Assembly (NCBI GenBank): GCA_951406725.2
Contig: OX597816.1
Location: 127,596,001-127,660,000, forward strand
Length of the DNA: 64,000 bases
Source: Octopus vulgaris
Lineage: Eukaryota
Direction: 5' to 3'
Below the pieces are notes generated by a model. It saw nothing but the letters and a program-made list of their open reading frames with translations. It was not told the origin of the DNA and did no database searches. The position numbers and the translations under genes are program-made. Below, piece by piece: positions 24,205-37,079 of the stretch (its first letter is position 1; each line of letters begins with the position of its first letter).

Positions 24205-24480
24205 CATCACCATCTCCATCATCATTGTATAATGTCCATTTTCCATGCTGGCATGGGTTGGACGGTTTGACTGGAGACTGGCAAGCCAGGAGGCCATACC
24301 AGATGCTAATCTGATCTGGCAATGTTTCTACAGCTGGATGCCCCTCCTAACACCAACCACTCTGAGTGTGTAGTGGGTGCTTTTTATGTGCCACTGGCAT
24401 GGGAGCCAGTCATGCGGCACTGGTATTGGCCACAACTACAAATTCCATTTGCTTGTGATTTGATTTTTGATTTTGATTTC
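24205..24480 (-). mobile_element. RTE 3'-tail fragment
   Basis: Matches the RTE 3' UTR. Confidence 0.75.
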
Positions 24481-24481
24481 A

Positions 24482-24519
<38 letters not shown>

Positions 24520-24597
24520 CAGATCACAGTGTTTGAATGTTTCGCTTATATAAATATGTATGTATATATATATATATATATCTTTATCTTTCTTCTT

Positions 24598-24994
24598 TAT
24601 CTTTTACTTGTTTCAGTCATTTGACTGCAGCCATGCTGGAGCACCGCCTTTAGTCGAGCAAATCGACCCCGGGACTTATTCTTTGTAAGCCCAGTACTTA
24701 TTCTATCGGTCTCTTTTGCCGAACCGCTAAGTGACGGGGACATAAACACACCAGCATCGGTTGTCAAGCAATGCTAGGGGGACAAACACACACACATACA
24801 CACACACACATATATATATATACATATATACGACAGGCTTCTTTCAGTTTCCGTCTACCAAATCCACTCACAAGGCATTGGTCGGCCCGGGGCTATAGCA
24901 GAAGACACTTGCCCAAGATGCCACGCAGTGGGACTGAACCTGGAGCCATGTGGTTGGTTAGCAAGCTACTTACCACATAGCCGCTCCTGCGCCT
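24598..24994 (-). mobile_element. SINE family A, full length
   Basis: Complete head (GGCGCAGGAGCGGCTATGTGGTAAG on the minus strand) through tail; many CpGs retained. Confidence 0.9.
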
Positions 24995-25072
24995 ATATAT
25001 ATATAATATATAACAAAATGAACTTTCAAGGTACTGCACAAGTGAAAATATATAGGAAAGAGAGTTTTTTAA

Positions 25073-25292
25073 CCCTTTAACATTCAGATTATTCTGTCAA
25101 ATGTAAAGCTTATGCATTCACACCATGTAAAATTAATCTTGCATCATTTCATGGCTTTGAGATTTCAATGATGTGATTGTTTATTTTTAAAATGACACAA
25201 TAAGGTAGCTATGAATGACCTTATCTGACTAGTTTGAACATAAAATAGGTAAAATATTTTGGCTGGATGTGGCCGGTTAAAACACTAAAGGG
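25073..25292. mobile_element. piggyBac-type MITE
   Basis: TTAA|CCCTTTA ... TAAAGGG|TTAA termini with TTAA TSD. Confidence 0.8.
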
Positions 25293-25453
25293 TTAAAGAT
25301 GTTTATTGACTTGACCAGTTTCACTTTTTTAAAAAAAGATTATCAAAAGTAAAATGTAAAGCTTTGTTGTGTTAAAAAAGTGGTTATCATAGTTATATTA
25401 AAATACAGTTATACAGTCTTTGATAAGTATAAGAAAATGTTAAAAAACAGAAT

Positions 25454-26232
25454 CTTTGACAATGATAAGAAAATGTTAAGTTTACATGAAAGTGTTCAAA
25501 ATAGGTAGTAAAATAAATTTATAATTATTTTAAGTTCATCAAAAATCATGGTTGTATAGATGCATGTATAAAGAAGGAATCTTATTTAAGTATTTATACA
25601 GAAGTTTAGGGGAATGACCAACCCTTCCATCTTCATCTCCTGTCTTCTAGTGTATGTATAAGAAATGTTTGCTATTTTTAGAAATAGTGTGGGAGGTTGG
25701 TTGGTGGGGGAGAGTGTTGTAGAAACAAAAGGATTTTTTTGGTTTCTGGGCAAGTTTGTCATTGTTCAGTGGTTTTGGGGACTGGTTTTAAAGTTCAAAA
25801 TGGTGTGTGTGTGCATGTGTCTCTGTTCACGTTTCTATGTATGTATATATATGTGTGTGGGGGGCTTTTTTGATTGGTCTTAGAGTTCAGTGTTGTGGGT
25901 GTATGGGTCTGTGTATGTGTGTCTTTTATATTTAGCAGGGTGGTGCATGTATATGTGTGCACATTTGTGTGTGTATGTGAGTGTAATTTGTATTTGTCAG
26001 GGTGCTGTGTGTGCGCATTTGTATGTATCTATTTGCGTGTATGTGTTTGTTTGTGTGTGTTGTGTTGGTGGGGATTTCTGTATAAATACTAAAATATGAT
26101 TCCTTCTGTATAACCATGATTTTTGATGAACTTAAAATAATTATAAATTTATTTTACTACCTATTTTGAACACTTTCATGTAAACTGTTTAAACAAAATG
26201 CCCCTCTTAACATTTTCTTGTCATAGTCAAAG
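25454..26232. repeat. Inverted repeat (25454-25560 / 26105-26232) around a GT-rich spacer
   Basis: About 70-bp essentially identical core TTTACATGAAAGTG...AAAATCATGGTT. Confidence 0.85.
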
Positions 26233-26239
26233 CCTGTGG

Positions 26240-27160
26240 GAAGATGAATGGAAGCATAATATCACCCTCTCAGAACGTCCATATATATGATAATATTGAG
26301 TGCAGGGCTAGTAGGTTCACTGGTGCTGCTGGTGTCAGTGTGGTTGTCATCTCCAGCGATAGAGCTTGTGCTGGGATGATTGGTGTTAGTGTTGGTATTT
26401 CCGCCACTATTGCTGCTGCTGTTACTGTCAATGTTGTTGGATGATCCATTGCTGCTATGGTCGCTAGATCTGGGCATCACCACAGCCTCATAGATGACTT
26501 CCTCAACCTTGCACTGGCTCTCCCCCGCCTCTGGACAGTCATTGTACACTCTACAAGAACTCGACTTCCTCTTTTTATGGGTGTTAGCTAATATACTTTA
26601 TATATTGAGTGTGCAACTAAAGGAGATCCTTAAGTTGTGCCTATTGAACAAAAGTCAATACCTATGTTATTTCTTTATTGCCCACAAGGGGCTAAACATA
26701 GAGGGGACAAACAAGGACAGACAAATGGATTGAGTCAATTACATCGACCCCAGTGCGTAACTGGTACTTAATTTATCGACCCCAATAAATTCGGCGGAAT
26801 TTGAACTCAGAACATAATGGCAGACAAAATACCACTAAGCATTTCGCCCGGTGTGCTAAAGTTTCTGCCAGCTCGCCGCCTTCAAGTCAATACTTATGTG
26901 TCTGCATGAAGTGTTTGTCTACTAACCTGAAGAATATTCTTCCCACACAAGTCTTGACATTGAGTGAGAAGGTTGGGGCAAACCAGATGATGTTCTGGCA
27001 GTGCTTCCTTTTGTGGATGCTAGGGCCCGGCGTGTAGGACATGCTGTCCTTCAACCCCACTGAACACCAGTGCTTCATTGTAGCAGTGGGGCTATGAAAA
27101 TTTCTTGGCTTGAGGATAGATTTGAGATTCTCTTGCTGACACTCTTCACTAGGTTCTTGA
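26240..27160 (-). pseudogene. Penelope-like ORF relic (post-RT linker, Cys motif, GIY-YIG with Asn/Ser insert)
   Basis: NIIWFAPTFSLNVKTCVGRIFFRLVDKHF / LFNRHNLRISFSCT.NI / CR...CP..G..QC....VIYEAVV. Confidence 0.8.
26668..26882 (-). mobile_element. SINE family B nested in the PLE ORF
   Basis: 16-bp TSD AAGTCAATAC(C/T)TATGT at 26652-26667 and 26884-26899. Confidence 0.9.
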
Positions 27161-27164
27161 ACAT

Positions 27165-27555
27165 AATATAAAACCAAAAAGGTAAAATTCAATTGTCACT
27201 AATTGTGACTGATAGTGCAGAGTAGCATCTACATCATTAGAAATAAGAGCTGAAAGCCCTTATAGTCGCAGGAAACATATATCTATGCCCTGACAGGGGA
27301 GATAACCACCCCACAGTGAGCAAGATCACCATACTTGTCTAGTTTCACTTAGAATTAAAGTGCATCAATGGTAACCACTCAATTACTGGATGGTTTCGCT
27401 AAATCTCCACTGTCAGTATATAGCATTTATCATATGAATCAATGACTGATTCATCAAAATGCTAGTGTGAAAATTATAAAATAGTGAAGACAGTTATATG
27501 CAATATAAAACCAAAAAGGAAAATTTAAATTGTCACTAACTGTGACTAATGGTGC
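27165..27555 (-). mobile_element. pLTR-like unit with degenerate hammerhead and terminal direct repeat, directly 5' of the PLE ORF
   Basis: Direct repeats at about 27165-27218 and 27502-27555; closing inverted arms at 27290 and 27416; minus strand TTGATGC-ACTT..AAGT-GAAACTAG; homologous to 1296-1768. Confidence 0.55.
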
Positions 27556-27599
27556 TGTCACAAACAATGCCAGATATTTCAACAATGCAATCAGCCTTG

Positions 27600-27824
27600 T
27601 GCCTGTTTGATCAGTTGTTAGAAGACATAGAAACCATCTAGTAAAAATGCACTATACCAACTTGCTGAGGCAGTTATGAAATGCCATCAGAACCAAATGC
27701 CTACCAAGAGTAACAAAATGGACATTGTTCCATCAGGACAAAACTTCAGCAAACAAGCTCTTGCTTTCAAGAGATGCTCTCTATCCTCATAATCAGCTTG
27801 TGAACTTTGGAGCCCACCCTTGTA
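27600..27824. mobile_element. Mariner end fragment
   Basis: TCAGCTTGTGAACTTTGGAGCCCACCCTTG|TA resembles the TIR at 20455-20483. Confidence 0.55.
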
Positions 27825-28657
27825 CATATGTGTGCATGCATACCTCTGTGTGTGTGTGTGTGTGTGCATATATACATTTTTATATGTATTTGTAGGTATA
27901 TATATATGCATATACATATATATTTATACATATATTTATATATGTATATAGTTGAAATTTACAGAAAAACAAAAGACGAAGACAGGTGGATAAACAACGA
28001 GCAGATGTATTAGTTTGACACTCTCGAGCCTATGCTCTTCAACAAAAAAGAACATGAGGATATAAACAGAGAGAGAATAAAAAAAACTTGTGGATTTAGC
28101 GGTCAATCAAGGCAAATGGTTGGGCAAAGGTAGTTAGACAGGAGAGCTAGGAAGAAGGGGAGATAATAAAGTACTGGTGATCCCAAAATGAAGGTGCTAC
28201 AGGTGTACACACTCAATATGTGTGTGAGTGTGTGTGTGTAAATATGCACACACAAACACACACATATACATACATATATACATATGTATGACATCGTTGG
28301 TTATTTCAAATTACATTTGTTTACTTTCATACATCCACCCTATATTGTCTTGTTTGTTTGAGCCCTAATTCTACGCAAACCTTGCAGGTGCCACTGATAT
28401 ATGAAGTTCTCAGTCTTATCACTAAAGGCATGAAACTGAGTATTAGTATTTTTGGTTTATAACTGATGAAGAATTAAGGTCTTTTTGTGTCTGTCCTACA
28501 TGTATGTTTTGTGGTCTGTAATACATTTTTCATTTACTGAGTAACTGGACATCATGCTTCACAACTTTTGTGAATAGTAAGTTTATATATATATATATAT
28601 ATACAAAATGGGACAAGAACACAAAAAATCCAGACAGCTAGGTGATACAAAAATAGG

Positions 28658-28698
<41 letters not shown>

Positions 28699-29102
28699 AA
28701 TATGTATAAATATGTAGGAGCGGGCATGGCTGTGTGGTTAGGGAGCTTGCTTCCTAACTACCTGGTTTTGGGTTCAGTCCCACTGCATGGCACTTTGGGT
28801 AGGTGTCTTCTGCTATAGCCCCAAGCTGACCGAAGCTTTGTGATTGAATTCGGTAGGCGGAAGTTACTGCCGTGTGTGTATATGTACATGTAGGTGCTCA
28901 GTGCCTCTCCGAAAGAGAGAGAGGGAAATACATATATGCAAATATGTGCATATATATGTGTGTGTGTGTGTGTGTGTGAGTGTGTGTGTGTGTACATATG
29001 TATATATATATATATATGTAAATATGCATATATACATGTATATATATATATATGTAAATATATATATGTATGTAAATATGTACATATATATATATATGTA
29101 TG

Positions 29103-29246
<144 letters not shown>

Positions 29247-29510
29247 ATATGTAAATATGTACATATATATACACACCTATATGTAAATATGTACATATAT
29301 ATACACACCTATATGTAAATATGTACATATATATACACACCTATATGTAAATATGTACATATATATATATATATAAATATATATATATCCACCTATATGT
29401 GAATATGTATATATGTATTATATATATATTATATTATTATATATATATATATATATTATATATATATATATATATTATATATATTATATATTATATATAT
29501 ATATATATAT

Positions 29511-29812
29511 GGCAAATGAAAGACGGTAGATGGAATATATGAGAATTTATTATTAATCATGACAATTGTTTTGACACTTCTTGCATCGATTCCTCATGGG
29601 TGGGACACTCAACAACTGCAATGCAATTGCGTGACAGTTATTTTAACGAGTTGTATTTATTTATCACCCAACGAGATACATTTGCATGGCTGGATGCTCC
29701 TGAACCAGTTTTTGAGTGTCCCACCCATGAGGAATCGATGCAAGATGTGTCAAAACAATTGTCGTGATTAATAATAAATTCTTGAATATTCCATCTCTGT
29801 CTTTCATTTGGC
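29511..29812 (+). mobile_element. PLE-type element: degenerate long-stem-II hammerhead (29662-29769) with an inverted partial copy of about 105 bp
   Basis: ATCAC-CCAACGA-GATAC...GTGTC-AAAAC-AATT-GTC-GTGAT; arms 29511-29618 and 29706-29812; (TA)n on the left. Confidence 0.65.
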
Positions 29813-30748
29813 ATATACATAATGATCACTACGAAAGTGACCATGCTTTACCAGTAAGCTACCAGGTGTAAACCATTTTTTATTATACATTTTATATATA
29901 TATATATATATATATGCGTACATGGAACTTTGTGGAAGCTTAAGAACCCTTCACATGGTCAGAGATTTAGGGATATCGTTACCGAGAAATTTGATGATAG
30001 GGAGAAGAATCTACAGTCCTGTAACATAGAAGGCAGCTGGAAATTTCTGTGAGATAGCTTGCTGAGTGCCACAGACCAAATCTGTGGCTGGTGCAAAGTC
30101 CCTTCCAGACCTAGGGTAACATGGTAGTGGAACAATACTGTAGATAAGGCCATTAGAGCAAAGAAACAGCCTTGGAAGGCCTGGAAGAGTGGAAGTAGCA
30201 GGAGAATGTATCAGATAACCAAAAGGGAAGCTAGGAGACAGGTATATATAGCTAAGGGAGTAGCAGAAAAGAAGTTTGCCAATGTTGAGCAACATGAAGA
30301 CTAAAGAACTGAAGTATTTTGGATTGTAAGATAGTGTGTGTGAGAAAACCGTGATGCCATAGGAGAGAAGTGTGTTTGCATGGATGATGGTGCCCTTGCG
30401 CTTAATTCTGCAAAAAAAGGAGGTGCCATTATGAAAGACTGCTGAATGTGGAGAATGAATGGGAGGAGGAAAGTCTGCCAAAGGTTGACCCAATTGAGTG
30501 ATATGTAAAAACCACTCACTACACTCTAGGAGTGGTTGACGTTAGGAAGGGCATCCAACTGTAAAAACATTTCCAGATCAGATTGGAGCCTGGTGCAGCT
30601 GCTGGCTCTTCCAGACCTCAGTCAAACTGTCGAACCCATGCCAGCATGGAAAACAAACATTAAATGATGATGATGATACATATATATTTTCAATGGAACA
30701 TATATCTGTAAAAGTAGCTCACTCTAAAAGTTAGAACAGTAATGTATT

Positions 30749-31563
30749 TACATGCAGTTTACATATATGTCTGGTCATAGAGTGAACAATGATTTCACCC
30801 CCATTAAGTGCTTATCAATATAGACGATTCATCAGATTCTAATAGCTGAGGGTATATAACCCTTCTTAAAACTGGAGGTAGAAAATTGTTACAGTCAGTT
30901 AATTTGTAAACAAAGAATAATATACGCTGTTTGAGCTTTTAGCAGAGCAACCTGACCAGTCTGGTTGGCAAATCTTATGGACCTAAAGGGTGAACAGGGA
31001 ATTTCTGCACTTAGGCTGTTTTTCGGTCTGCAAGAACTTTTCCCAGCTCTAATCAACAAACAGGGAATACCATGTCTGCAGCAGATAGTGCTTGAATTGG
31101 TGGCAGGAGCTATAGATTTCATGTCTTGAGTTTAAGAGAGGGTTCGGAACCAGTGAGTTTTGAGGAATCATTGCCCATTCTGCTATGCAAAGCTACCATC
31201 ATCCACTTCCATTTGTGTAGGGCCCCAGCTGTACTATCATCTCCCATTTAATTTCGTATGGGGTTCTTAGCTGGTGATGCTGCTGATGCTGGCATGGTTG
31301 TCATCTCTGGCTGATGCGCTGGCGTTGGTGTTGTGGTTGTTGCTGGTGGTTCTGCCACTTGATGCATTGACACCACTGCCACCTCTTTTGTTGCCATTGT
31401 TGACATTGATGTTGTTGGGTGAGCTGTGGCTGCAATTACTCTGGTTGCTAGGGCTGGATACCTCCACCATTAGAGTTTGATGAGTCGTCTATAAGGCTAT
31501 GTGCTTTATTGATGCAAGACCATTGGTCACTCTATGACTGGACATAATATTTAACTGCATGTA
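30749..31563 (-). mobile_element. Penelope-like relic with inverted hammerhead-bearing pLTR arms and GIY-YIG C-terminus
   Basis: Arms 30749-30845 and 31468-31563 (consensus AGAGT-CTGATGA...GAAAC-CATTG-GTC-ACTCT); translation PYEIKWEMI..LGPYTNGSG*W*LCIAE....LLNSRHEIYSSC. Confidence 0.75.
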
Positions 31564-31634
31564 TATATATATATATATGTGTGTGTATATATACATACAT
31601 ATATATGCGTGTGTGTGTGTATAATGTATACATA

Positions 31635-31717
<83 letters not shown>

Positions 31718-32179
31718 GCATGTAAATACATATATATTTTCTACTCTTTTACTTGTTTCAGTTGTTTGACTGTGGCCATGCTGGAACACCGCTTTTAGTC
31801 AAACAAATCAACCCCAAGACTTATTCTTTGTAAGCCTAGTACTTATTCTATCAGCCTCTTTTACCAAACCACTAAGTTATGGGGATGTAAACATACCAAC
31901 ATTGGTTGTGAAGTGATGGTGGGGGAGGGACAAACACTGATACACAAGTACATACATATATGTTTGTATATACATCTATATATATATATGTAAGTATATA
32001 AGTATATACATGTATATGTTTATATTATAGGAAGCCTTGTAAGTGGATTTTGGTAGACAGAAACTGAAAGAAGCCCATCACATGTGTGTGAATGTGTGTG
32101 TGTGTGTATGTGTGTGTGCATGGCATGTATGTATATACACACACACACATACATATATGTGTGTATATATACATATGGT

Positions 32180-32510
32180 GGTGAAGGTGTGTGGCTTAGT
32201 GGTTAGGGCATTCAGCTCATGATCATGAGGTCTTGAGTTCAATTCCTGGTGATGCATTGTGTCCTTGAGCAAGACACTTTATTTCACATTGCTTCAGTCC
32301 ACTCAGCTCGCAAAAATGAGTAGTACCTGTATATCAAAGGGCCAGCCTTGTCACACTCTGTGTCACGCTGAATATCCCTGAGAACTACATTAAGGGTACA
32401 TGTGTCTGTGGAGTGCTCAGCCACTTGCACATTAGTTTCGCCAGCAAGCTGGTCCATTGATCGTATGTATCAGCTGGGACCCTCATTGTCATAACCGACT
32501 GAGTGTTCCC
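32180..32510 (+). mobile_element. tRNA-derived SINE, family C (V-SINE-like central domain)
   Basis: A box TGGCTTAGTGG, B box GAGTTCAATTCC, then TGTGTCCTTGAGCAAGACACTTT. Confidence 0.75.
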
Positions 32511-33339
32511 CACAATATATATATATATATGTGTGTGTGTGTACACATGTATATTTATATGCATGTGTGTGCGTGTGTGTGCATTTATGTGTGTATGTAT
32601 ATATATGAGTATGTGTTTGGAACTGTTTTTCATGATATCAGGTGACACTTATAAGCAAATGTTTTCATCATCTAATCTTCCATGAAAACACATTCAGTCA
32701 TGGGGAAATATTATGTTGCCGGGAAACAAGTAGGGGTTAATGACAGTTAGGGCAACAAGCCATAAACAATCTACCCCAATGAAGAATACTGCATGACCCA
32801 TAACAGAATAGAATAGTAGAAACAAAGATGATGTTGGTGATGAGGATGATAGTGATGATGATGATGATGATATTGCTGATAATGAAGAATAATGACCAGA
32901 TGTACTTGGTTTGCAGCATCAGCACAAAACACAATTTTGTGCCAATAGATAAAAATATTTGGTTTTAATTAAGCATAAACTCATCATCATCAACATCATC
33001 ATCATCGTCATCGTCATCATAGTCATCATTATGATCATCTCATCATCATTGTCATTTAACAGTCAAATTTCCATGCTTGCATGTGTTTGAACACAGTTTG
33101 TTGAGGCGATTTTTTTTTTTATTGCTGGATGCCTTTCCTGTCACCAACCATCACCTGCTTCCAAGTATGGTAATATTACCTGTGACCAGACATGTTTACA
33201 CAAAAGACTGGAAACAAAGGACACTGATTGCATGACAGTGACATTCATTTACAACTAGCATATGACATCAAAGTAAAGACAGTAGCACACACATGCATGC
33301 ATACATGCTTGCATGCACACACATGCAAATATATATACA

Positions 33340-33945
33340 CTGTGTGGCACCTTGGGCAAGTGTCTTCCACTATAGCCTTGGGGCCCACCAAAGCCTGGTG
33401 AATAGATTTCGTAACTGGAAGATGAAAGAAACTTGTCATATAAAGAAGCTTGTTGTATATTAAAGGCGGCAAGCTGGCAGAAACGTTAGCACGCCGGGTG
33501 AAATGCTTAGCGGTATTTCATCTGCCGTTACATTCTGAGTTCAAACTCCGCTGAGGTCGACTTTGCATGTCATCCTTTTGGGGGTCAATAAATTAAGTAC
33601 CAGTTACGCACTGGGGATCGATGTAATCGACTTAATCCCTTTGTCTGTCCTTGTTGTCACCTTTATGTTTAGCCCCTTGTGGGCAATAAAGAAATAAGAA
33701 GCTGTTCGTATATATGTGTATGTGTGTGTGTGTGCATGTGTGTGTGTGTCTTTGTGTCTGCTTTTATCCCCCACTACCATTTGACAACTGGTGTTGGCAT
33801 GTTTACGTCCCCATAAGACAGACAGACTAAGTACCAGGTTTTAAAAAAATAAATAAATGACTACTGGGATCAATTCATTCGACTAAAAATTCAAGGTGGT
33901 GCCCTTTACATGGCAGCAGTCTAGTCACTGAAACATGTAAAAGAG
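33340..33945 (+). mobile_element. SINE family A interrupted by SINE family B (33462-33697)
   Basis: Family A halves flank a complete family B copy; approximate TSD AAGAAGCT.GTT.GTATAT. Confidence 0.8.
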
Positions 33946-33954
33946 ATAAGTGAG

Positions 33955-34139
33955 ATATAAAAAGAAACAGGAATCTGTATTCACCATTACACATGTTTCA
34001 TTTGCTAATAGGAATCACAGAATTGTACTTGTTGGGTAAATATCCAACATGTGCAATTCTATTATTCCTATTAGCAAATGGAACATGTGTAATGGTGAAT
34101 ACCAGAAAAATTTCCAGATTCCTGTTTCTTTTTTTATAT
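33955..34139. repeat. About 185-bp near-perfect palindrome
   Basis: Arms pair around about 34040, with a 13-nt insertion in the right arm. Confidence 0.9.
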
Positions 34140-34295
34140 AATAACTCTAAAAACAATAATTCCAGAATCTTCAGCTCTAATCTGTGCCTCACATTAATAC
34201 AATAACAATAACTACAGGCTGGATTGTAATACTGGAAGAAGCAGATGTGCTTCAAGAGGACACACTTTGGATTTTAACCCTACATATATAATATA

Positions 34296-34462
34296 CAGGG
34301 CTGGCCCTAGAGTTGCTGGTGTCCTGAACTTTGTCCTGGCAAGCTGAACTTCATTGTGTACAAGCTGACAATCATGGAAATTTCCTTGCGCACCCGTCCC
34401 CCCCTCCAGCACATGGTGCCCTGGGCGACTGCCTGAGCTGCCGGTACCTTGAGGCGGCCCTG
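34296..34462. mobile_element. hAT-type MITE
   Basis: CAGGGC...GCCCTG termini; perfect 8-bp TSD ATAATATA. Confidence 0.8.
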
Positions 34463-34489
34463 ATAATATATATGTGTGTGTGTGTGTAT

Positions 34490-34860
34490 ATATATGGCTG
34501 AGTTCCTTTCGAGTGCTGGGCCTCATGGAAGCAAGTGGCCAGGTTCCTTTCAAGTGTTGGGCCTCACAGAGGCAATGACCAAAACCTTTGACCTTATGTA
34601 GTGATTGAGAAGAAAACCCGTTAAGCTGAACAAAATTGCAGTCGTGGCAGATACCAGTGTCATGCAAATGGCACCTGTACTGGTTGCATGTAAAAGCACC
34701 CATTACACTCTCAAAGTGGTTGGCATTAGGAAGGGTATCCAACCATAGGAGACCATGCCAAATCAGACTGGAGCCTAGCACAGCCTTTCAGCATGCCAGC
34801 CCATTAAAACTGTCCAACCCATGCCAGTATAGACAAGACGTTAAATGATGATGATGATGA
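34490..34860 (+). mobile_element. RTE-type 3' UTR fragment with (GAT)n tail
   Basis: GGCATTAGGAAGGGTATCC...CCCATGCCAG...TTAAATGATGATG. Confidence 0.7.
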
Positions 34861-34869
34861 TACATACTT

Positions 34870-35405
34870 GGCACAGGTGTGATGTGTGATAAGAAGCTTG
34901 CTTCCCTACAACATGGCTCAGGGTCAGTCCCACTGCATGGCACCTTGGGCTCGTGTCTTCTATTAGAGTATCAGGCTGGCCAAACCTTTGTGAGTGGATT
35001 AGATAGACACAAAATGAAGCAAGTCCATCATATAGATATGTGTGTGTGTGTGTTTGGCCCCTACCACTGCTTGACAACCAGTGCTGGTGTGTTCACATCC
35101 CCATGACTTAGTGGTTTGGCAAAAGGGACCAATAATATAAGTACCAGGCTTAAAAACAAAAAGTACTTGGGTCATTTGACAAAAAATTCTTAAAGGCAAT
35201 GCCCCAGCATAGCTACAGTCATTAGACTGAAACAAGTAAAAACACACACAAACACAATGGGCTTCTTTCATTTTCCATCTATGAAATCCAGTCATAAAAC
35301 TTTGGTTGGTTTGGGGCTGTTGTAGAAGATACTTGCCCAAGATGCCATGCAGTGGGCTGAACTCAAAACCATGTGGTTGAGATGCACACTTCTTAGTACA
35401 CAGCC
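34870..35405. mobile_element. Two diverged family A SINEs (plus 34870-35240; minus 35255-35405)
   Basis: Similarity to 508-899. Confidence 0.7.
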
Positions 35406-35559
35406 ATATTAAATAAATTGCAGAGGAGAAATGAGAGATTTTTGTGTTTATGCTTGTTTAAAGGAAGGCAGAAATGAAACCATTTCATTCAAGACTCAAA
35501 ACTAGGCTGCAGATTATACTATCATGTCTACCAATGATTATTTAAAATTTGGAATAAAG

Positions 35560-36465
35560 CCATACATTTTTGGTTGAGATGTCAATTAAATCAAAACTCT
35601 GTATATTACTGGTACATGCTTTACTGACCCCAACCTCCCACCAAAAAAAAAAAAAGAAGAATTAATGACAAAGTTGTGACTTCAGCAGTATTTGAACTCA
35701 AATTTTATCACTGACCTAAAAATAATGATTTCTAATTTAGTCACAATTTTGAGCGAGGAGTAAGCCAGTGACATTGACCCTATTACTTGACTTGTACTTT
35801 ATTTTATCAACCCTGAAAGGATGAAAAACAAACCCTGACCTTGGTAAGATTTGAACTTGTAATATGAAAAGCCGGAAGAAATATGACCAAGTCTCCTTTG
35901 TCTGACACTCTAATGATTCAGCTAGCTTTTTCTAGTTTAGGCATAAGGGGAGGGTTTAGTTAATAGCATAGACACTAGTATTTGACTGATAAATATATTT
36001 AATCAACCCAAGAGAAAAGATGGTTTTGGCAGTCTTTGAACTCATAATCTAAAGATTTGAAACCAGTCCTGCAAAACAATTTTCCAGGCACTCTAGCAAT
36101 TTTCTGCCAGCTCACAACCTTTATAAAATAAGCCTTATAAAGCCAGCAAATTTGAGGGAAGGGGTTAGTCAATTATGCTGACCTAAGTACTTGACTGGTA
36201 CCTTATTTTGTCAACTTTGAATGGATGAAAAGCGAAGTTGACCTTGGAAGGACTGAACTCAGAATGCAAAGAGCTGGAACAAATATTACAAAGTGTTGAG
36301 CATTTTTCCAACTCTCTATCCATGTTGCCAACTTGCCACCCTTTATAAAAGTGATTTCTAATTTGGTACAGGGCCAGTTATTTTGAGGAAAAGGGTTAGT
36401 TGATTACATCAACCTGAGTACTTGACTAGTGCTTTATTTAATTGACCCTGGAATGGTGAAATGCA
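35560..36465 (-). mobile_element. Head-to-tail cluster of about five old family B-related SINEs
   Basis: Recurrent TGACTGGTAC..ATTTTAT(C/T)GACCC..AAAGGATGAAA..AAAGTTGACCT..TTTGAACTC. Confidence 0.65.
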
Positions 36466-37079
36466 TTCCCAGCGAACCATTAAGATTTAAAATAGTAAAT
36501 AAGTTAGGAGGTAAGAGATAAATGGTGGTGAAAAATATAGGAGATTCACTTCTTCACACATTTACTGACGCACCTCTTGACCACTTAAAGACCCAAATCA
36601 ATCAGGATTGGTTTTATAAAGCTGAAGAATCGGAATGTTCGATGTCGGTCAAGTGGAGTGTAATTAACAAGTGACCTGCTGTGCCAAAAGGAGACTTGAG
36701 AATTAAGTCATTCATAGCTTAGGTTAAAGGCTTTAAGTCTAATAAGCTTGTTAAATAGTTTTAATACTGAAAGTTCTTCACATGAGGAAAAATATTCTTT
36801 CATTCTTTATTTGATAAATGAAATATTTTTTTCCTTTCAAAAAACGTTCCAAATAGAAGCATTTCGGAACAAATAAACAAGACAGATATTAGTTATTGAA
36901 ACATATATTGAACTGTTTTTGTATTAGAAGTAAGGACGACAGTGTTGGAGGAGAATCAATGGATATTGAAAGCTGAGACATGACAATAGAAAAGATTAAT
37001 GTTAAACAAACACCGATAACTGTTGATATTTTTCAGAGAATATTTAACATTGCATGTTAAGTTATTTTTATTGTCAGGG

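Noticed and set aside
26262-26549. Ser/Asn-rich ORF as a host exon or duplicated host gene (with 31267-31470)
   Set aside because: It is flanked by decayed Penelope motifs with stops and SINE insertions.
28390-28480. Possible hammerhead fragments (CTGATAT...GAAAC; CTGATGAAG)
   Set aside because: The core is mutated and I could not form consistent stems.
29960-30495. 160-aa minus-strand ORF
   Set aside because: No recognisable domain; possibly an ancient LINE remnant, but not supportable.
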